From contig JADHVQ010000004.1 in the NCBI GenBank assembly GCA_016783905.1, forward strand, positions 1 through 57,418: a stretch of 57,418 bases of DNA, read 5' to 3'. The DNA comes from Bacteroidales bacterium. Its GTDB lineage: Bacteria; Bacteroidota; Bacteroidia; Bacteroidales; FEN-979. Each line of letters starts with the position of its first letter. Position 1 is the stretch's first letter. Of this stretch, positions 20,159 to 29,529 are shown in pieces. The notes under the pieces were generated by a model. That model was given only the letters and a program-made list of their open reading frames with translations, did no database searches and had not been told where the DNA came from. The position numbers and the translations under genes were made by a program.

Positions 20159-20235
20159 CATGCCCCCCAACCCCCTAAAGGGGGAGTAAATCCCCTTGAA
20201 GGGGATTTAGGGGCAAATTGCCAACTGCCAACTGA
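20159..20235 (-). repeat. Right arm of ~80-bp inverted repeat
   Basis: catgccccccaaccccctaaagggggagtaa...ggggatttaggggcaaattgccaactgccaactga; the inner 31 nt are the exact reverse complement of 18572-18602. Confidence 0.9.
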
Positions 20236-20237
20236 CT

Positions 20238-20858
20238 TTACTTATATTCCTCAATCCTGATCTCCCTCCTGCAAAATTCGCTCTCCACCTTCTGCATGTT
20301 TGAGCATACGAGGATGGTGCGGCCACAGGTATGGTCAGTGATCAGCTGCAGAAAAAAGTTGATCCCCGACTTGTCGAGGTTGGTAGTGGGTTCGTCGAGG
20401 AGAAGGAGAGGAGTGTCACTCAGAAGGGCACAAACCAGCTTCACGCGTTGCTTCATGCCGGAGGAGTATTTGAGGATCGGCTTGGTTCTTACCTGGGAGA
20501 ATGCGAGGAGGTCGATGATCTTCGGGATGGTGAAGCTGTCAACCAGCGGCTTGAATGAGAAATGAAACTCCAGCATCTCCCGAAGGGTGAACTCTTCAAT
20601 CAGCTCCTGGTAGGGGGCAACCAGTGACAGGTGGCGGAAGATCTCCGTGTCGGGGATCCTCTTCCCGTCCAGAATATATTCGATGGTACCTGCCGTAGGG
20701 TGTATATTGCCGGCGATGACCTGCAACAGGGTCGATTTTCCCGATCCGTTCCGGCCTGTAATCACCGTCCGCTCGCCCGCCTCAAACCCGGCGGTGAGGT
20801 TCCGGAAGATCCACTCGGTATTGAATTTCTTGCCAATCCCGTTGAGGGTGATCGTCAT
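20238..20858 (-). CDS. ABC transporter ATP-binding protein
   Basis: Walker A GRNGSGKST, signature YSSGMKQR, Walker B LLLLDEP. Confidence 0.92.
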   Translation of the reverse strand: MTITLNGIGKKFNTEWIFRNLTAGFEAGERTVITGRNGSGKSTLLQVIAGNIHPTAGTIEYILDGKRIPDTEIFRHLSLVAPYQELIEEFTLREMLEFHFSFKPLVDSFTIPKIIDLLAFSQVRTKPILKYSSGMKQRVKLVCALLSDTPLLLLDEPTTNLDKSGINFFLQLITDHTCGRTILVCSNMQKVESEFCRREIRIEEYK

Positions 20859-20870
20859 GCCGGAGGGATT

Positions 20871-21665
20871 TTATTTTTCGCGGTTGTTTTTCCCGAATCC
20901 TTTCATGATGCCACGACTGGAGTTGGCGATGAAGCTGAGGATCTCATCCCGCTCAGGGGTAGCGGGCACATTGGCTTCGATGATCTCCACCGCCCGGGAG
21001 ACGTTATACCCACGCAGGTAGATGGATCTGTAGATATCCTGGATGTGGTTGATCTGTTCGGATGTAAAGCCACGACGACGCAGTCCGATCGAATTCACTC
21101 CTACATAGGAGATCGGTTCCCGGGCTGCTTTGGTATAAGGCGGAACATCTTTCCTGACCAGGGAGCCACCGGAGATCATGGTATGTACACCTATATGCGA
21201 AAATTGATGCACGGCTGCCATCCCGCCGATGATCGCCCAGTCGTCGATCTCAATATGGCCGGCCAGGTTGGTGGCGTTCCCCAGCACCACGTTCTTCCCA
21301 ATGATGCAGTCGTGAGCGATGTGGACGTATGCCATCAGCAGGGTGTTGTCCCCGATCACGGTTTCGAAGTTGGCTTTGGTGCCCCGGTTTATAGTCACGT
21401 ATTCGCGGATCGTGACGTTATCGCCAATCTTGACGATTGTCTCCTCGCCGGCGAATTTCAGGTCCTGAGGGATCGCAGAGATCACCGCGCCCGGAAAGAT
21501 CCGGCAGTTTTTACCAATCCGGGCTCCCTCCATGATGGTAACGTTGGATCCGATCCAGGTTCCTTCCTCGATCACCACATTTTTATCAATCGTAACAAAG
21601 GGTTCAATCACCACGTTCGGGGCCAGTTTAGCCTGCGGGTGTACGTATGCTAAAGGTTGATTCAT
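20871..21665 (-). CDS. lpxA: UDP-GlcNAc O-acyltransferase
   Basis: PQDLKF, IREYVTINRGT, HIAHDC, HQF, DVPPY. Confidence 0.97.
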   Translation of the reverse strand: MNQPLAYVHPQAKLAPNVVIEPFVTIDKNVVIEEGTWIGSNVTIMEGARIGKNCRIFPGAVISAIPQDLKFAGEETIVKIGDNVTIREYVTINRGTKANFETVIGDNTLLMAYVHIAHDCIIGKNVVLGNATNLAGHIEIDDWAIIGGMAAVHQFSHIGVHTMISGGSLVRKDVPPYTKAAREPISYVGVNSIGLRRRGFTSEQINHIQDIYRSIYLRGYNVSRAVEIIEANVPATPERDEILSFIANSSRGIMKGFGKNNREK

Positions 21666-21671
21666 CAGTTG

Positions 21672-23063
21672 TTATTTACGTTGGATCTGTGCCATCATCT
21701 CTGCCTCCATCACTATTTTCTGACCAACATAAGCCACGCCTTTCATGGAGATCAAACCCCGGCGTATGGGTGCATTGAGTTGGTTGTAAAAAATGACGGT
21801 GTCGCCAGGTACTACTTTGTGCCTGAATTTTACATTTTCGATTTTAAGGAAGAGCGTGGTATAGTTTTGCGGGTCATCCACAGTTTTTAAAGCCAGGATG
21901 CCTCCGGTCTGTGCCATTGCCTCGATCTGGATCACGCCCGGCATCATGGGATTCCCAGGGAAATGCCCGGCAAAGAACGACTCGTTCATCGTCACATTCT
22001 TCATGCCAACCACATAGTCGTTACCCATCTCCAGAATCCGGTCGATGAACAGGAAGGGAGGCCTGTGAGGAAGGATCTGCTGGATCTGGTTGATGTCGTA
22101 TAGTGGTGTCTTATTCAGGTCAAAGGTTTGGATCGTGTCTGTTTTGTGCGATTTCCGGATCAGGTCTTTAAACAGCCTGGCAAACTGGATATTGGAAAGA
22201 TGTCCGGGCCGTGTAGCAATGATGTGTGCTTTGATCGGCATCCCAACCAAGGCCAGGTCCCCGATGATATCCAGCAGCTTGTGCCGTGCCGGCTCGTTGG
22301 GGTAGAGGAGTTCCAGGTTGTTGAGGATCCCTTCTCGCAGTACCTCCACCCGTGGCTTGTTGAAGACCTTGGCCAGATGATCCAGCTCATCCTGGGAGAT
22401 GAGCCTGTCAACAAATACGATGGCATTGGTCATATCTCCTCCCTTGATCAGGTTGTTGTTGAGAAGGTACTCCAGCTCATGGAGGAAAACAAAGGTACGG
22501 CAGGGAGCGATCTCAGTCCGGAACTGTTTGATATCGCTCAGGATAGCGTTCTGGGTGGTGAGGATCTTTGAATCGTAGTCGATCATCACGGAGATCTTGA
22601 ACTCTTTCGATGGGATGGCGAGAATCTCTACTTTTTTTTCAGGATCGGTGTAAGAGAGGTTCGACTTCAGCTCGATGTACCTCTTGAGAGCCCGTTGCTC
22701 TATGATACCGGCTTTCAACAGCTTCTCCACGTAAAGCCTGGCACTCCCATCGAGGATCGGGGGCTCCGACTGGTTGAGCTCCACCAGTGCATTGTCAATC
22801 TCGAGACCGGCCAGCGATGCCAGTACATGCTCTACCGTATCGATACGTACCCCGTCCTGTTCCAGGCTCGTTCCACGGGAGGTATCGATGACGTTGTCCA
22901 GGTCGGCATCCACCAGGACTCCGGAGCTCAGATCGGTTCGGGCAAACTTGTAGCCGTAATTTTCCGGTGCTGGTTTGAAAGTCAGTGTTACCTTCTTCCC
23001 GGCATGCAGTCCCACTCCCACAATACTGACGGACTGCTTTATGGTTTTTTGTTTTTCACTCAT
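21672..23063 (-). CDS. lpxC: Bifunctional LpxC/FabZ
   Basis: GVGLHAG, TVEHVLA, EPPILDGS, RHKLLDIIGD; then LPHRPPFL, HFPGNPMMPGV. Confidence 0.97.
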   Translation of the reverse strand: MSEKQKTIKQSVSIVGVGLHAGKKVTLTFKPAPENYGYKFARTDLSSGVLVDADLDNVIDTSRGTSLEQDGVRIDTVEHVLASLAGLEIDNALVELNQSEPPILDGSARLYVEKLLKAGIIEQRALKRYIELKSNLSYTDPEKKVEILAIPSKEFKISVMIDYDSKILTTQNAILSDIKQFRTEIAPCRTFVFLHELEYLLNNNLIKGGDMTNAIVFVDRLISQDELDHLAKVFNKPRVEVLREGILNNLELLYPNEPARHKLLDIIGDLALVGMPIKAHIIATRPGHLSNIQFARLFKDLIRKSHKTDTIQTFDLNKTPLYDINQIQQILPHRPPFLFIDRILEMGNDYVVGMKNVTMNESFFAGHFPGNPMMPGVIQIEAMAQTGGILALKTVDDPQNYTTLFLKIENVKFRHKVVPGDTVIFYNQLNAPIRRGLISMKGVAYVGQKIVMEAEMMAQIQRK

Positions 23064-24102
23064 CTGGCGTCAACTTTTTAACCTGTTTCTCCAATGTATT
23101 CAGTTTTTTGACGATATCATCAAGATTTCTCCAGTGTACGTAGTTCTTCAGGGCACGGGAGACCTCGATTGCGGGAGCGCCGAAGTAGATCGCGCCCTCC
23201 TGGGTGAGGCTGTTCTCCACTCCTGAGCGGGCGCCGATCTTCACATTGTCGGCAACCATGATATGCCCCACTAAACCAACCTGGCCTCCAACCATGCAGT
23301 TCTTTCCGAATTTGACCGAACCCGATAACCCACTCTGAGCGGCAATCACCGTATTCTCTCCGATCTCCACATTGTGGGCAATCTGGATCAGATTATCAAG
23401 CTTTACCCCCTGGCGCAGGATGGTCGACCCGATGGTGGCGCGGTCGATGGTGGTGTTGGCTCCTATCTCCACATTGTCTTCCAGGATCACATTCCCTACC
23501 TGGGGTACTTTCCGGTAATTCTTGTCGTCCTGCGGTACAAAGCCGAAACCGTCACTGCCGATTACGGCACCTCCGTGGATGGTGCAGTTGTTCCCTATCA
23601 GGCAGTCGTGATAGATCCGGACACCCGGGTAAAGGATTGTTCCGTTGCCAACCTGCACGTTGTCACCAATGTATACCTGAGGATAGATCTGTACCCGGTC
23701 GCCGATCTTCACCTCTTCACCAATATAGGCAAAGGCCCCGATGTAGAGGTCGCTACCCAGTTTCGCGGAAGGAGAGACAACCGACTGCGGGGAGATCCCC
23801 GACTTCTTCGCTGTCATGCCGGCATGGATCTCCAGTATTTTGGCAAATGCATCATAGGGATCATCTACGCGGATCAGTGTCAACTCTTCAGGCAGAGGTT
23901 TGTCGGGTTTAAAACTTGTCTTAACGATAGCCAGGGAAGCTCCGGTCTTATATATGTATTGCGTATAAGCAGGATTGGCCAGGAAGGTGAGGGTGCCGGG
24001 AATTCCCTCCTCGATCTTCGACAGGCTCGAAACCATCACCTCCGGATTTCCATCAATAGCGCCTCCCAGCAATTCGGCAATCTGTCGGGCAGAAAATTCC
24101 AT
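23056..24102 (-). CDS. lpxD: UDP-3-O-acylglucosamine N-acyltransferase
   Basis: LTFLANP.Y, GSDGFGF, IDRAT, KLDNLIQIAHNV. Confidence 0.97.
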   Translation of the reverse strand: MEFSARQIAELLGGAIDGNPEVMVSSLSKIEEGIPGTLTFLANPAYTQYIYKTGASLAIVKTSFKPDKPLPEELTLIRVDDPYDAFAKILEIHAGMTAKKSGISPQSVVSPSAKLGSDLYIGAFAYIGEEVKIGDRVQIYPQVYIGDNVQVGNGTILYPGVRIYHDCLIGNNCTIHGGAVIGSDGFGFVPQDDKNYRKVPQVGNVILEDNVEIGANTTIDRATIGSTILRQGVKLDNLIQIAHNVEIGENTVIAAQSGLSGSVKFGKNCMVGGQVGLVGHIMVADNVKIGARSGVENSLTQEGAIYFGAPAIEVSRALKNYVHWRNLDDIVKKLNTLEKQVKKLTPDE

Positions 24103-24194
24103 TTAACTTGATTTAGAGGTTCTTACTTTAAGAAAAAGTGTCGCAAGATACCAAATATTTAGACATCTCGTGGATTTTTTTTACAACCTGGTTG

Positions 24195-25430
24195 CTATCT
24201 TGGCATTAGCTCTTTGGGATAGGAAAGGAGATACTTTTGTGTACGGGTGGAGAGAATCGAGATGTTAAGCTGCTCCGAAGCTTCGGATACATCAAGCAGC
24301 TCTCCTTCGCGGGTCCGGATATTGATCCGGTCGTGGTCAGGATTATAGGCATTGTTGGAAACCGCTTCTTCCGTGACGATATACTCCGTCTCCTCTTCCG
24401 TGATGCCGAAGGTGCGGGCAGCAGCCTCCCTGATGCTGGCCACATAAACTGGATCGAAGGGCTTGTTCCGGAGTTCGGCGCGGAAAAGATGCCGGTTTAC
24501 CAGACGGTGGGAGAGGAAGGATAAAATGGAATCGGGGTGTGCACTCCATACTTTCAGTGCCGCAAAAATATCGAAATCATCAAGTTGTGAGAACGTCTCC
24601 AGGCACTCCTCCCGGCAGAGCATCTCTCTCCCCTTCACCGGATCCTGCAGGAAGCGTTTCAGTGGAGGGGTGGCAAAGAGTTCCACACCCTGCTCTCCCA
24701 GGATCTTGGAACGACGAAGAATGTTGGAAAGCATGACGTCTGCAGCCAGCACGGTCTTATGAAGGTAGACCTGCCAGTACATCAGCCGGCGGGCAAGGAT
24801 GAATTTCTCAATGGAGTAGATCCCCTTCTCCTCTACTACCAGCTCATCATCCACTACCGTCAGCATGTTGATGATCCGGTCGGTGTTGATCACCCCTTCA
24901 GCCACACCGGTAAAGAAGCTGTCACGCGACAGGTAGTCGAGCCGGTCCATGTCGAGCTGGCTCGCAACCAGCTGGTGCAGGAACTGCTTGGGATAGGTGT
25001 CGGTGAAAATGCGGATAGCTACATCCAACGCCCCGTTGAACTGGTTATTCAGCCGTTCCATGAAAAGCAGGGAGATCTCTTCGTGGGTAATACCGGTGAC
25101 GATCGAACGTTCCAGCGTATGGGAGTAAGGTCCGTGCCCGATGTCGTGCAACAGGATTGCCAGCCAGGCTCCCTGTTCCTCCCCGCGGGTGATCTCCACC
25201 CCTTTCCCACGCAGGAGAATAATCGCCTGCTTCATCAGGAAGAGGCATCCAAGCGCATGCTGAAAACGGGTATGGGTAGCCGATGGGTATACGTACTCAG
25301 TTAGCCCGAGCTGCCGGATCCGGCGGAGACGCTGAAACCAGGGGTGCTCCATCACATCAAAGAGGAATTCATCGGGAATAGTGATGAATCCGTAGATGGG
25401 ATCGTTGATGTTTTTCTTTTTGTTGATGAT
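24195..25430 (-). CDS. HD-domain phosphohydrolase (start codon uncertain)
   Basis: FQRLRRIRQLG, HTRFQHALG, LHDIGHGPYSH, DMDRLDYL.RD. The frame extends upstream of 25355 through NKKKNINDPIYGFI to an in-frame TAA at 25461-25463. Confidence 0.9.
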   Translation of the reverse strand: MINKKKNINDPIYGFITIPDEFLFDVMEHPWFQRLRRIRQLGLTEYVYPSATHTRFQHALGCLFLMKQAIILLRGKGVEITRGEEQGAWLAILLHDIGHGPYSHTLERSIVTGITHEEISLLFMERLNNQFNGALDVAIRIFTDTYPKQFLHQLVASQLDMDRLDYLSRDSFFTGVAEGVINTDRIINMLTVVDDELVVEEKGIYSIEKFILARRLMYWQVYLHKTVLAADVMLSNILRRSKILGEQGVELFATPPLKRFLQDPVKGREMLCREECLETFSQLDDFDIFAALKVWSAHPDSILSFLSHRLVNRHLFRAELRNKPFDPVYVASIREAAARTFGITEEETEYIVTEEAVSNNAYNPDHDRINIRTREGELLDVSEASEQLNISILSTRTQKYLLSYPKELMPR

Positions 25431-25436
25431 TTCGGG

Positions 25437-25516
25437 TACCTTTGTTAAGGAAACATAAAATTACGGTTCCTGGACAATAAAAAACTGAATCGGGCATTTA
25501 AGTTTAGACAAAAGTA
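25437..25516. promoter_or_regulatory. Overlapping divergent -7 elements: TACCTTTG (+, 25437-25444, porX) and TACTTTTG (-, 25509-25516, HD-lpx operon)
   Basis: Exact TAnnTTTG matches. Confidence 0.55.
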
Positions 25517-25525
25517 CGGAGAACC

Positions 25526-27079
25526 ATGGAGAAGATAACAATATTGTGGGTGGATGATGAAATTGATTTGTTGAAGCCTCACCTCCTCTTCCTTAACGAG
25601 AAGGGATATACTGTGCATACCGCCAATAACGGGCATGATGCGCTGGAACTGCTGGATAACCATAATTTCGATATCATCTTCCTCGACGAGCAGATGCCGG
25701 GCATGTCGGGGATCGAAACACTGGAGAAGATTAAAAACCGGACAACAAACCTCCCGGTGGTGATGATCACCAAGAGCGAGGAGGAGTCGATCATGGAAGA
25801 GGCGATCGGCAGCAATATCGCTGACTACCTCATCAAACCGGTCAATCCCAACCAGATCCTTCTCTCTCTGAAGAAGAACCTGGAGAATAAGAAAATCGTC
25901 AGCGAAAAGACCAGCTTCCAGTACCAGCAGGAGTTTCGTAACATCGGGATGGAGATAAGCAACCGGTTGAATTTCGAAGAGTGGAGCGATATCTACCGGA
26001 AAATCACGGGCTGGGAATTAAAACTGGAACGGTCGCAGGACGAGGGGATGAACCAGGTCCTGCAGATGCAGAAGACGGAGGCCAACCAGGTTTTCTGCAA
26101 GTTTGTTGAGCGGAACTACCTCGACTGGGTTCACGGAAAAGGTCAGGACCGGCCTGTTCAGTCACATACCCTCATCAAGGATTGCATCTTTCCCCTGCTC
26201 CAGGATAACCGTCCCACCTTTGTGATCCTGATCGACAACCTCCGGTGGGATCAGTGGAAGGTGTTGCAACCTGTCATAGAAGAGGGTTTCCGGGTGGAAA
26301 AAGAGGATATCTACTACAGCATTCTCCCTTCCACCACGCAGTACGCCCGCAATTCGCTCTTTTCAGGCCTGCTGCCAACCGAGATCGAGAAAAAATACCC
26401 CAAATACTGGGTTAATGAAGATGAGGAGGGAACCAAGAACAACTACGAAGCGGAGCTGTTGGGTGAGCTCCTGAAGCGCTATGGACGCGATATCAAATAC
26501 TCCTACTATAAAGTGCTGAACATGACCTACGGAAAGAAGCTGGTCGAACTGATGCCCAACCTGATGGTCAACAAGCTTAACTTCATCGTCTACAACTTCG
26601 TGGATATGCTCTCGCACGCCCGAACCGAGATGGAGATCATCCGGGAACTAGCCAGCGACGACGGCGCCTACCGTTCTCTCACCCTTTCGTGGTTCAATCA
26701 CAGTCCACTGCTGGAGATCATCCGGTACGTGGCAGAAAAGGAGGTGAACCTGGTCATCACCACCGATCATGGCTCCATCCGTGTCAACAACCCGGTGAAG
26801 ATCCTGGGCGACCGCAACACCAACACCAACCTGCGCTATAAGACCGGTAAGGCGCTGAAATACGAACGCAATGAAGTGTTCGAAATACGTAATCCTGCTG
26901 ACGCTTACCTGCCCCGGGTCAACGTGAGCTCCACTTTTGCCTTCTGCCGCAACTACGACTTCTTTGCCTATCCCAATAACTACAACTACTACGTAAACTA
27001 CTACAAAGACACCTTCCAGCATGGAGGCATCTCGATGGAGGAGATATTGGTGCCGTTTGTGATATTACGAAACAAGTAA
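25526..27079 (+). CDS. porX: Response regulator with PglZ/alkaline-phosphatase domain (T9SS regulator PorX)
   Basis: Receiver domain (WVDDE, FLDEQMPG, ITKSEEE, IKPVNP) plus LPSTTQYARN, TTDHG, FQHGGISMEE. Confidence 0.92.
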   Translation: MEKITILWVDDEIDLLKPHLLFLNEKGYTVHTANNGHDALELLDNHNFDIIFLDEQMPGMSGIETLEKIKNRTTNLPVVMITKSEEESIMEEAIGSNIADYLIKPVNPNQILLSLKKNLENKKIVSEKTSFQYQQEFRNIGMEISNRLNFEEWSDIYRKITGWELKLERSQDEGMNQVLQMQKTEANQVFCKFVERNYLDWVHGKGQDRPVQSHTLIKDCIFPLLQDNRPTFVILIDNLRWDQWKVLQPVIEEGFRVEKEDIYYSILPSTTQYARNSLFSGLLPTEIEKKYPKYWVNEDEEGTKNNYEAELLGELLKRYGRDIKYSYYKVLNMTYGKKLVELMPNLMVNKLNFIVYNFVDMLSHARTEMEIIRELASDDGAYRSLTLSWFNHSPLLEIIRYVAEKEVNLVITTDHGSIRVNNPVKILGDRNTNTNLRYKTGKALKYERNEVFEIRNPADAYLPRVNVSSTFAFCRNYDFFAYPNNYNYYVNYYKDTFQHGGISMEEILVPFVILRNK

Positions 27080-27080
27080 A

Positions 27081-27125
27081 ATTGCCAATATTGCCAATAT
27101 TGCCAGTATTGCGCATCATTGCCAT
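27081..27125. repeat. Nonamer array (ATTGCCAAT-like) x5 after the porX stop
   Basis: attgccaat attgccaat attgccagt attgcgcat cattgccat. Confidence 0.85.
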
Positions 27126-27157
27126 AGATTAGAGAATTTTGTTAATTTCGAAATTTT

Positions 27158-27189
27158 CATGACTCCATGACCTCATGACTTCATGACCT
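27158..27189. repeat. Octamer array (CATGACYY)x4 containing the tsaE start codon
   Basis: catgactc catgacct catgactt catgacct. Confidence 0.9.
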
Positions 27190-27587
27190 TCAAAATTAAT
27201 TCCGAAACCGAACTTCCCCGGGTCGCCCGGGAGCTCCTGGATACCTATCCCAACCAGCGGATCTTTGCCTTTTATGGCCCTATGGGAGCCGGCAAAACCA
27301 CCTTTATCAAAGCCCTCTGCCGGTTGCTGGGCATAGAGGACGAAGCCCTCAGCCCCACCTTCGCTATCATCAACGAATATCACACCAGGGACAATTCGCC
27401 CGTTTATCATGTTGACTTCTACCGGATCAACAAGCTGGAAGAGGTGTATGATATTGGATATGAGGAGTACCTCTTCAGCGGGCACTATTGTTTTTTGGAA
27501 TGGCCCGAACTCATTGAAGAGCTGTTGCCTGAAGAGACCGTAAAGGTCACGATTACCGGAAATGGCGTACGGATTATCAGCTTCTGA
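27183..27587 (+). CDS. tsaE: tRNA t6A biosynthesis ATPase
   Basis: GPMGAGKTT, SPTF.IINEY, HVDFYRI, LEWPE. Confidence 0.96.
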   Translation: MTFKINSETELPRVARELLDTYPNQRIFAFYGPMGAGKTTFIKALCRLLGIEDEALSPTFAIINEYHTRDNSPVYHVDFYRINKLEEVYDIGYEEYLFSGHYCFLEWPELIEELLPEETVKVTITGNGVRIISF

Positions 27588-27659
27588 ATTCAGCTTTTAA
27601 TCATAGAAAATTATGAATTTATCATTTTATATATTTGATAAGTAAAAAAGGAGGTTAAC

Positions 27660-28151
27660 ATGAAAAAGTATGTTTCGCTTTCCGGCCTGGTGGTGCTGCT
27701 TCTCTCTGTTATGTTGCTGGCACCATCCTGCACCGAAGAAATTCCCGAGGCTTCCAAGGGAGAAGCCCTGGTTTACCAGCTCTGGGATGCATTCCGGAAC
27801 CAGGATCTGGAGGCAATTAAGAACAATATGGCTCCCGGTTTTCAGTCGGTACATGACTTCGGAGCTTACAACATGGATGAGGAGCTGGAATTGCTTCGTG
27901 GAATCGCTATTGCTGATTACGAGATCAGCAACATGAAGATCACCAGCAACGACGAAGATCTGATCATTGCAACCTACTTTGTCTCGGTATCTGAAACCAT
28001 TGAAGGCGAGCGACTTTCCAAAGAACCGGCTCCCCGGATGACCATTTTTGTCAAGGATGACGGCGTTTGGAAATGGATCGCTCATGCGAACCTGAAATCC
28101 ATGAAGGCCGAGGCACCGGAGGAGGCGGAAGAGGCCGGGGAGGAGCAGTAG
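27660..28151 (+). CDS. NTF2/SnoaL-like (DUF4440-type) lipoprotein
   Basis: Lipobox-like LAPSC; RMTIF..DDGVWKWIAH; upstream TATATTTG at 27630-27637. Confidence 0.7.
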   Translation: MKKYVSLSGLVVLLLSVMLLAPSCTEEIPEASKGEALVYQLWDAFRNQDLEAIKNNMAPGFQSVHDFGAYNMDEELELLRGIAIADYEISNMKITSNDEDLIIATYFVSVSETIEGERLSKEPAPRMTIFVKDDGVWKWIAHANLKSMKAEAPEEAEEAGEEQ

Positions 28152-28271
28152 TCTCCAGTCCACAGTCTGCAGTCCACAGTCTACAAATATAGGTTCGTAG
28201 ACTGCTGGTTTATAGCAATTTTTGGATCTGGAAATAAAAAATTGAAGACTGAGGACTGAAGACTGAGGACT
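28149..28271. repeat. Pair of oppositely oriented heptamer arrays (CAGTCnn x5; GACTGAR x3.5)
   Basis: tagtctc cagtcca cagtctg cagtcca cagtcta ... gactgag gactgaa gactgag gact. Confidence 0.85.
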
Positions 28272-28303
28272 AATTTTCGTATTTTCGTATAAAATTTCCT
28301 ACA

Positions 28304-29527
28304 ATGGAAGATCCGCTATCGGAGCTAACCAGGCGTTCCACGGCCGAACATCTGATGCCTCAGGAGGAGATGCTGGAGGTGACACGCAGGAAGAGCCAGC
28401 TGACCATTGGCGTTCCAAAAGAGATCACGCTTGAAGAGACGCGGGTGGCACTTGTTCCCGACGGTGTGAGCCTGCTCTCGCGTCAGGGACATCAGGTACT
28501 GGTGGAGGCCGGAGCCGGCCTGGCTGCCCACTTTCCCGATCATGAATACAGTGAAGCCGGGGGGCAGGTCGTTTACTCCCCTCAGGAGGTCTTTAAGTCG
28601 GACCTCATTCTGAAGGTGGCCCCACTGAATTCAGCGGAGATGGAGCTGATGCGTCCCAAACAGACGCTGATCTCCGCCCTGCAGATGGCCGTGCAAAACG
28701 AGGGCTATTTCCGAATCCTGATGAACAAAAAGGTGACCGCCCTTGGTTATGAGCTGATACGGGATAAAACGCAGTCTTTTCCGGTAGTCAGGGCCATGAG
28801 TGAAATTGCCGGGTGTACAGCGATCTTCATTGCAGCCGAGTACCTGGCCAGTCCCAACTTCGGACGAGGAAAGATGTTCGGGGGCTTCACGGGAATCGGT
28901 CCTTCAGAGGTAGTAATTATTGGTGCCGGAACGGTAGGAGAGTATGCCGCACATTCTGCCCTTGGACTGGGCGCCATGGTAAAGGTGTTCGACAACTCGG
29001 TTTACCGCCTTCGCAGGTTGCAGAATAACCTGGGTGTCAGGATATTCACTTCTATCCTTCATCCAAAGGTCTTGCTCGAATCGATGAAAACAGCCGATGT
29101 GGTAATCGGAGCAGTTCACTCCCCAGGCGGAAAATCTCCATGCATGATCGTTGGGGAGATGATCAAGGAGATGATGGATGGATCGATCATCATCGATGTG
29201 AGCATCGACCAGGGCGGTTGTTTTGAGACTTCCCGTCCGACCACACACAGCAAACCGGTCTTCAAGGAGCATGGGGTCACCCACTATTGTGTCCCCAACA
29301 TCGCGTCACGTGTCCCCCATACGGCATCGCAGGCGCTCAATAACATCTTTGTTCCCATCATCCTCGACATCTGCTCAGAAGGGGGCATCGAATCCCTGAT
29401 CAAGAAGGATTATGGCGTCAGGCAAGGAGTATACCTCTACAACGGCACCATCACCTCGCTGTCGATCAGTAAACTATTCAACCTGCCTTTCCAGGATATC
29501 GAACTCCTGATGGCAGCTTTTCGTTAA
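28304..29527 (+). CDS. ald: Alanine dehydrogenase
   Basis: IGVPKE, ETRVALVP, MSEIAG, IIGAGTVG, IDQGGCFETS, HYCVPNI. Confidence 0.92.
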   Translation: MEDPLSELTRRSTAEHLMPQEEMLEVTRRKSQLTIGVPKEITLEETRVALVPDGVSLLSRQGHQVLVEAGAGLAAHFPDHEYSEAGGQVVYSPQEVFKSDLILKVAPLNSAEMELMRPKQTLISALQMAVQNEGYFRILMNKKVTALGYELIRDKTQSFPVVRAMSEIAGCTAIFIAAEYLASPNFGRGKMFGGFTGIGPSEVVIIGAGTVGEYAAHSALGLGAMVKVFDNSVYRLRRLQNNLGVRIFTSILHPKVLLESMKTADVVIGAVHSPGGKSPCMIVGEMIKEMMDGSIIIDVSIDQGGCFETSRPTTHSKPVFKEHGVTHYCVPNIASRVPHTASQALNNIFVPIILDICSEGGIESLIKKDYGVRQGVYLYNGTITSLSISKLFNLPFQDIELLMAAFR

Positions 29528-29529
29528 TC

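Noticed and set aside
20631-21653. 340-aa plus-strand ORF, and similar long ORFs at 23374-24111, 50450-51334 and 52076-52867
   Set aside because: Antisense shadows of well-conserved genes (lpxA, lpxD, metallopeptidase, ftcD) with no recognisable motifs.
25526-27079. PglZ domain as evidence of a BREX defence system
   Set aside because: Receiver-PglZ fusion in the HD/porX/tsaE context is PorX; no other brx genes are present.
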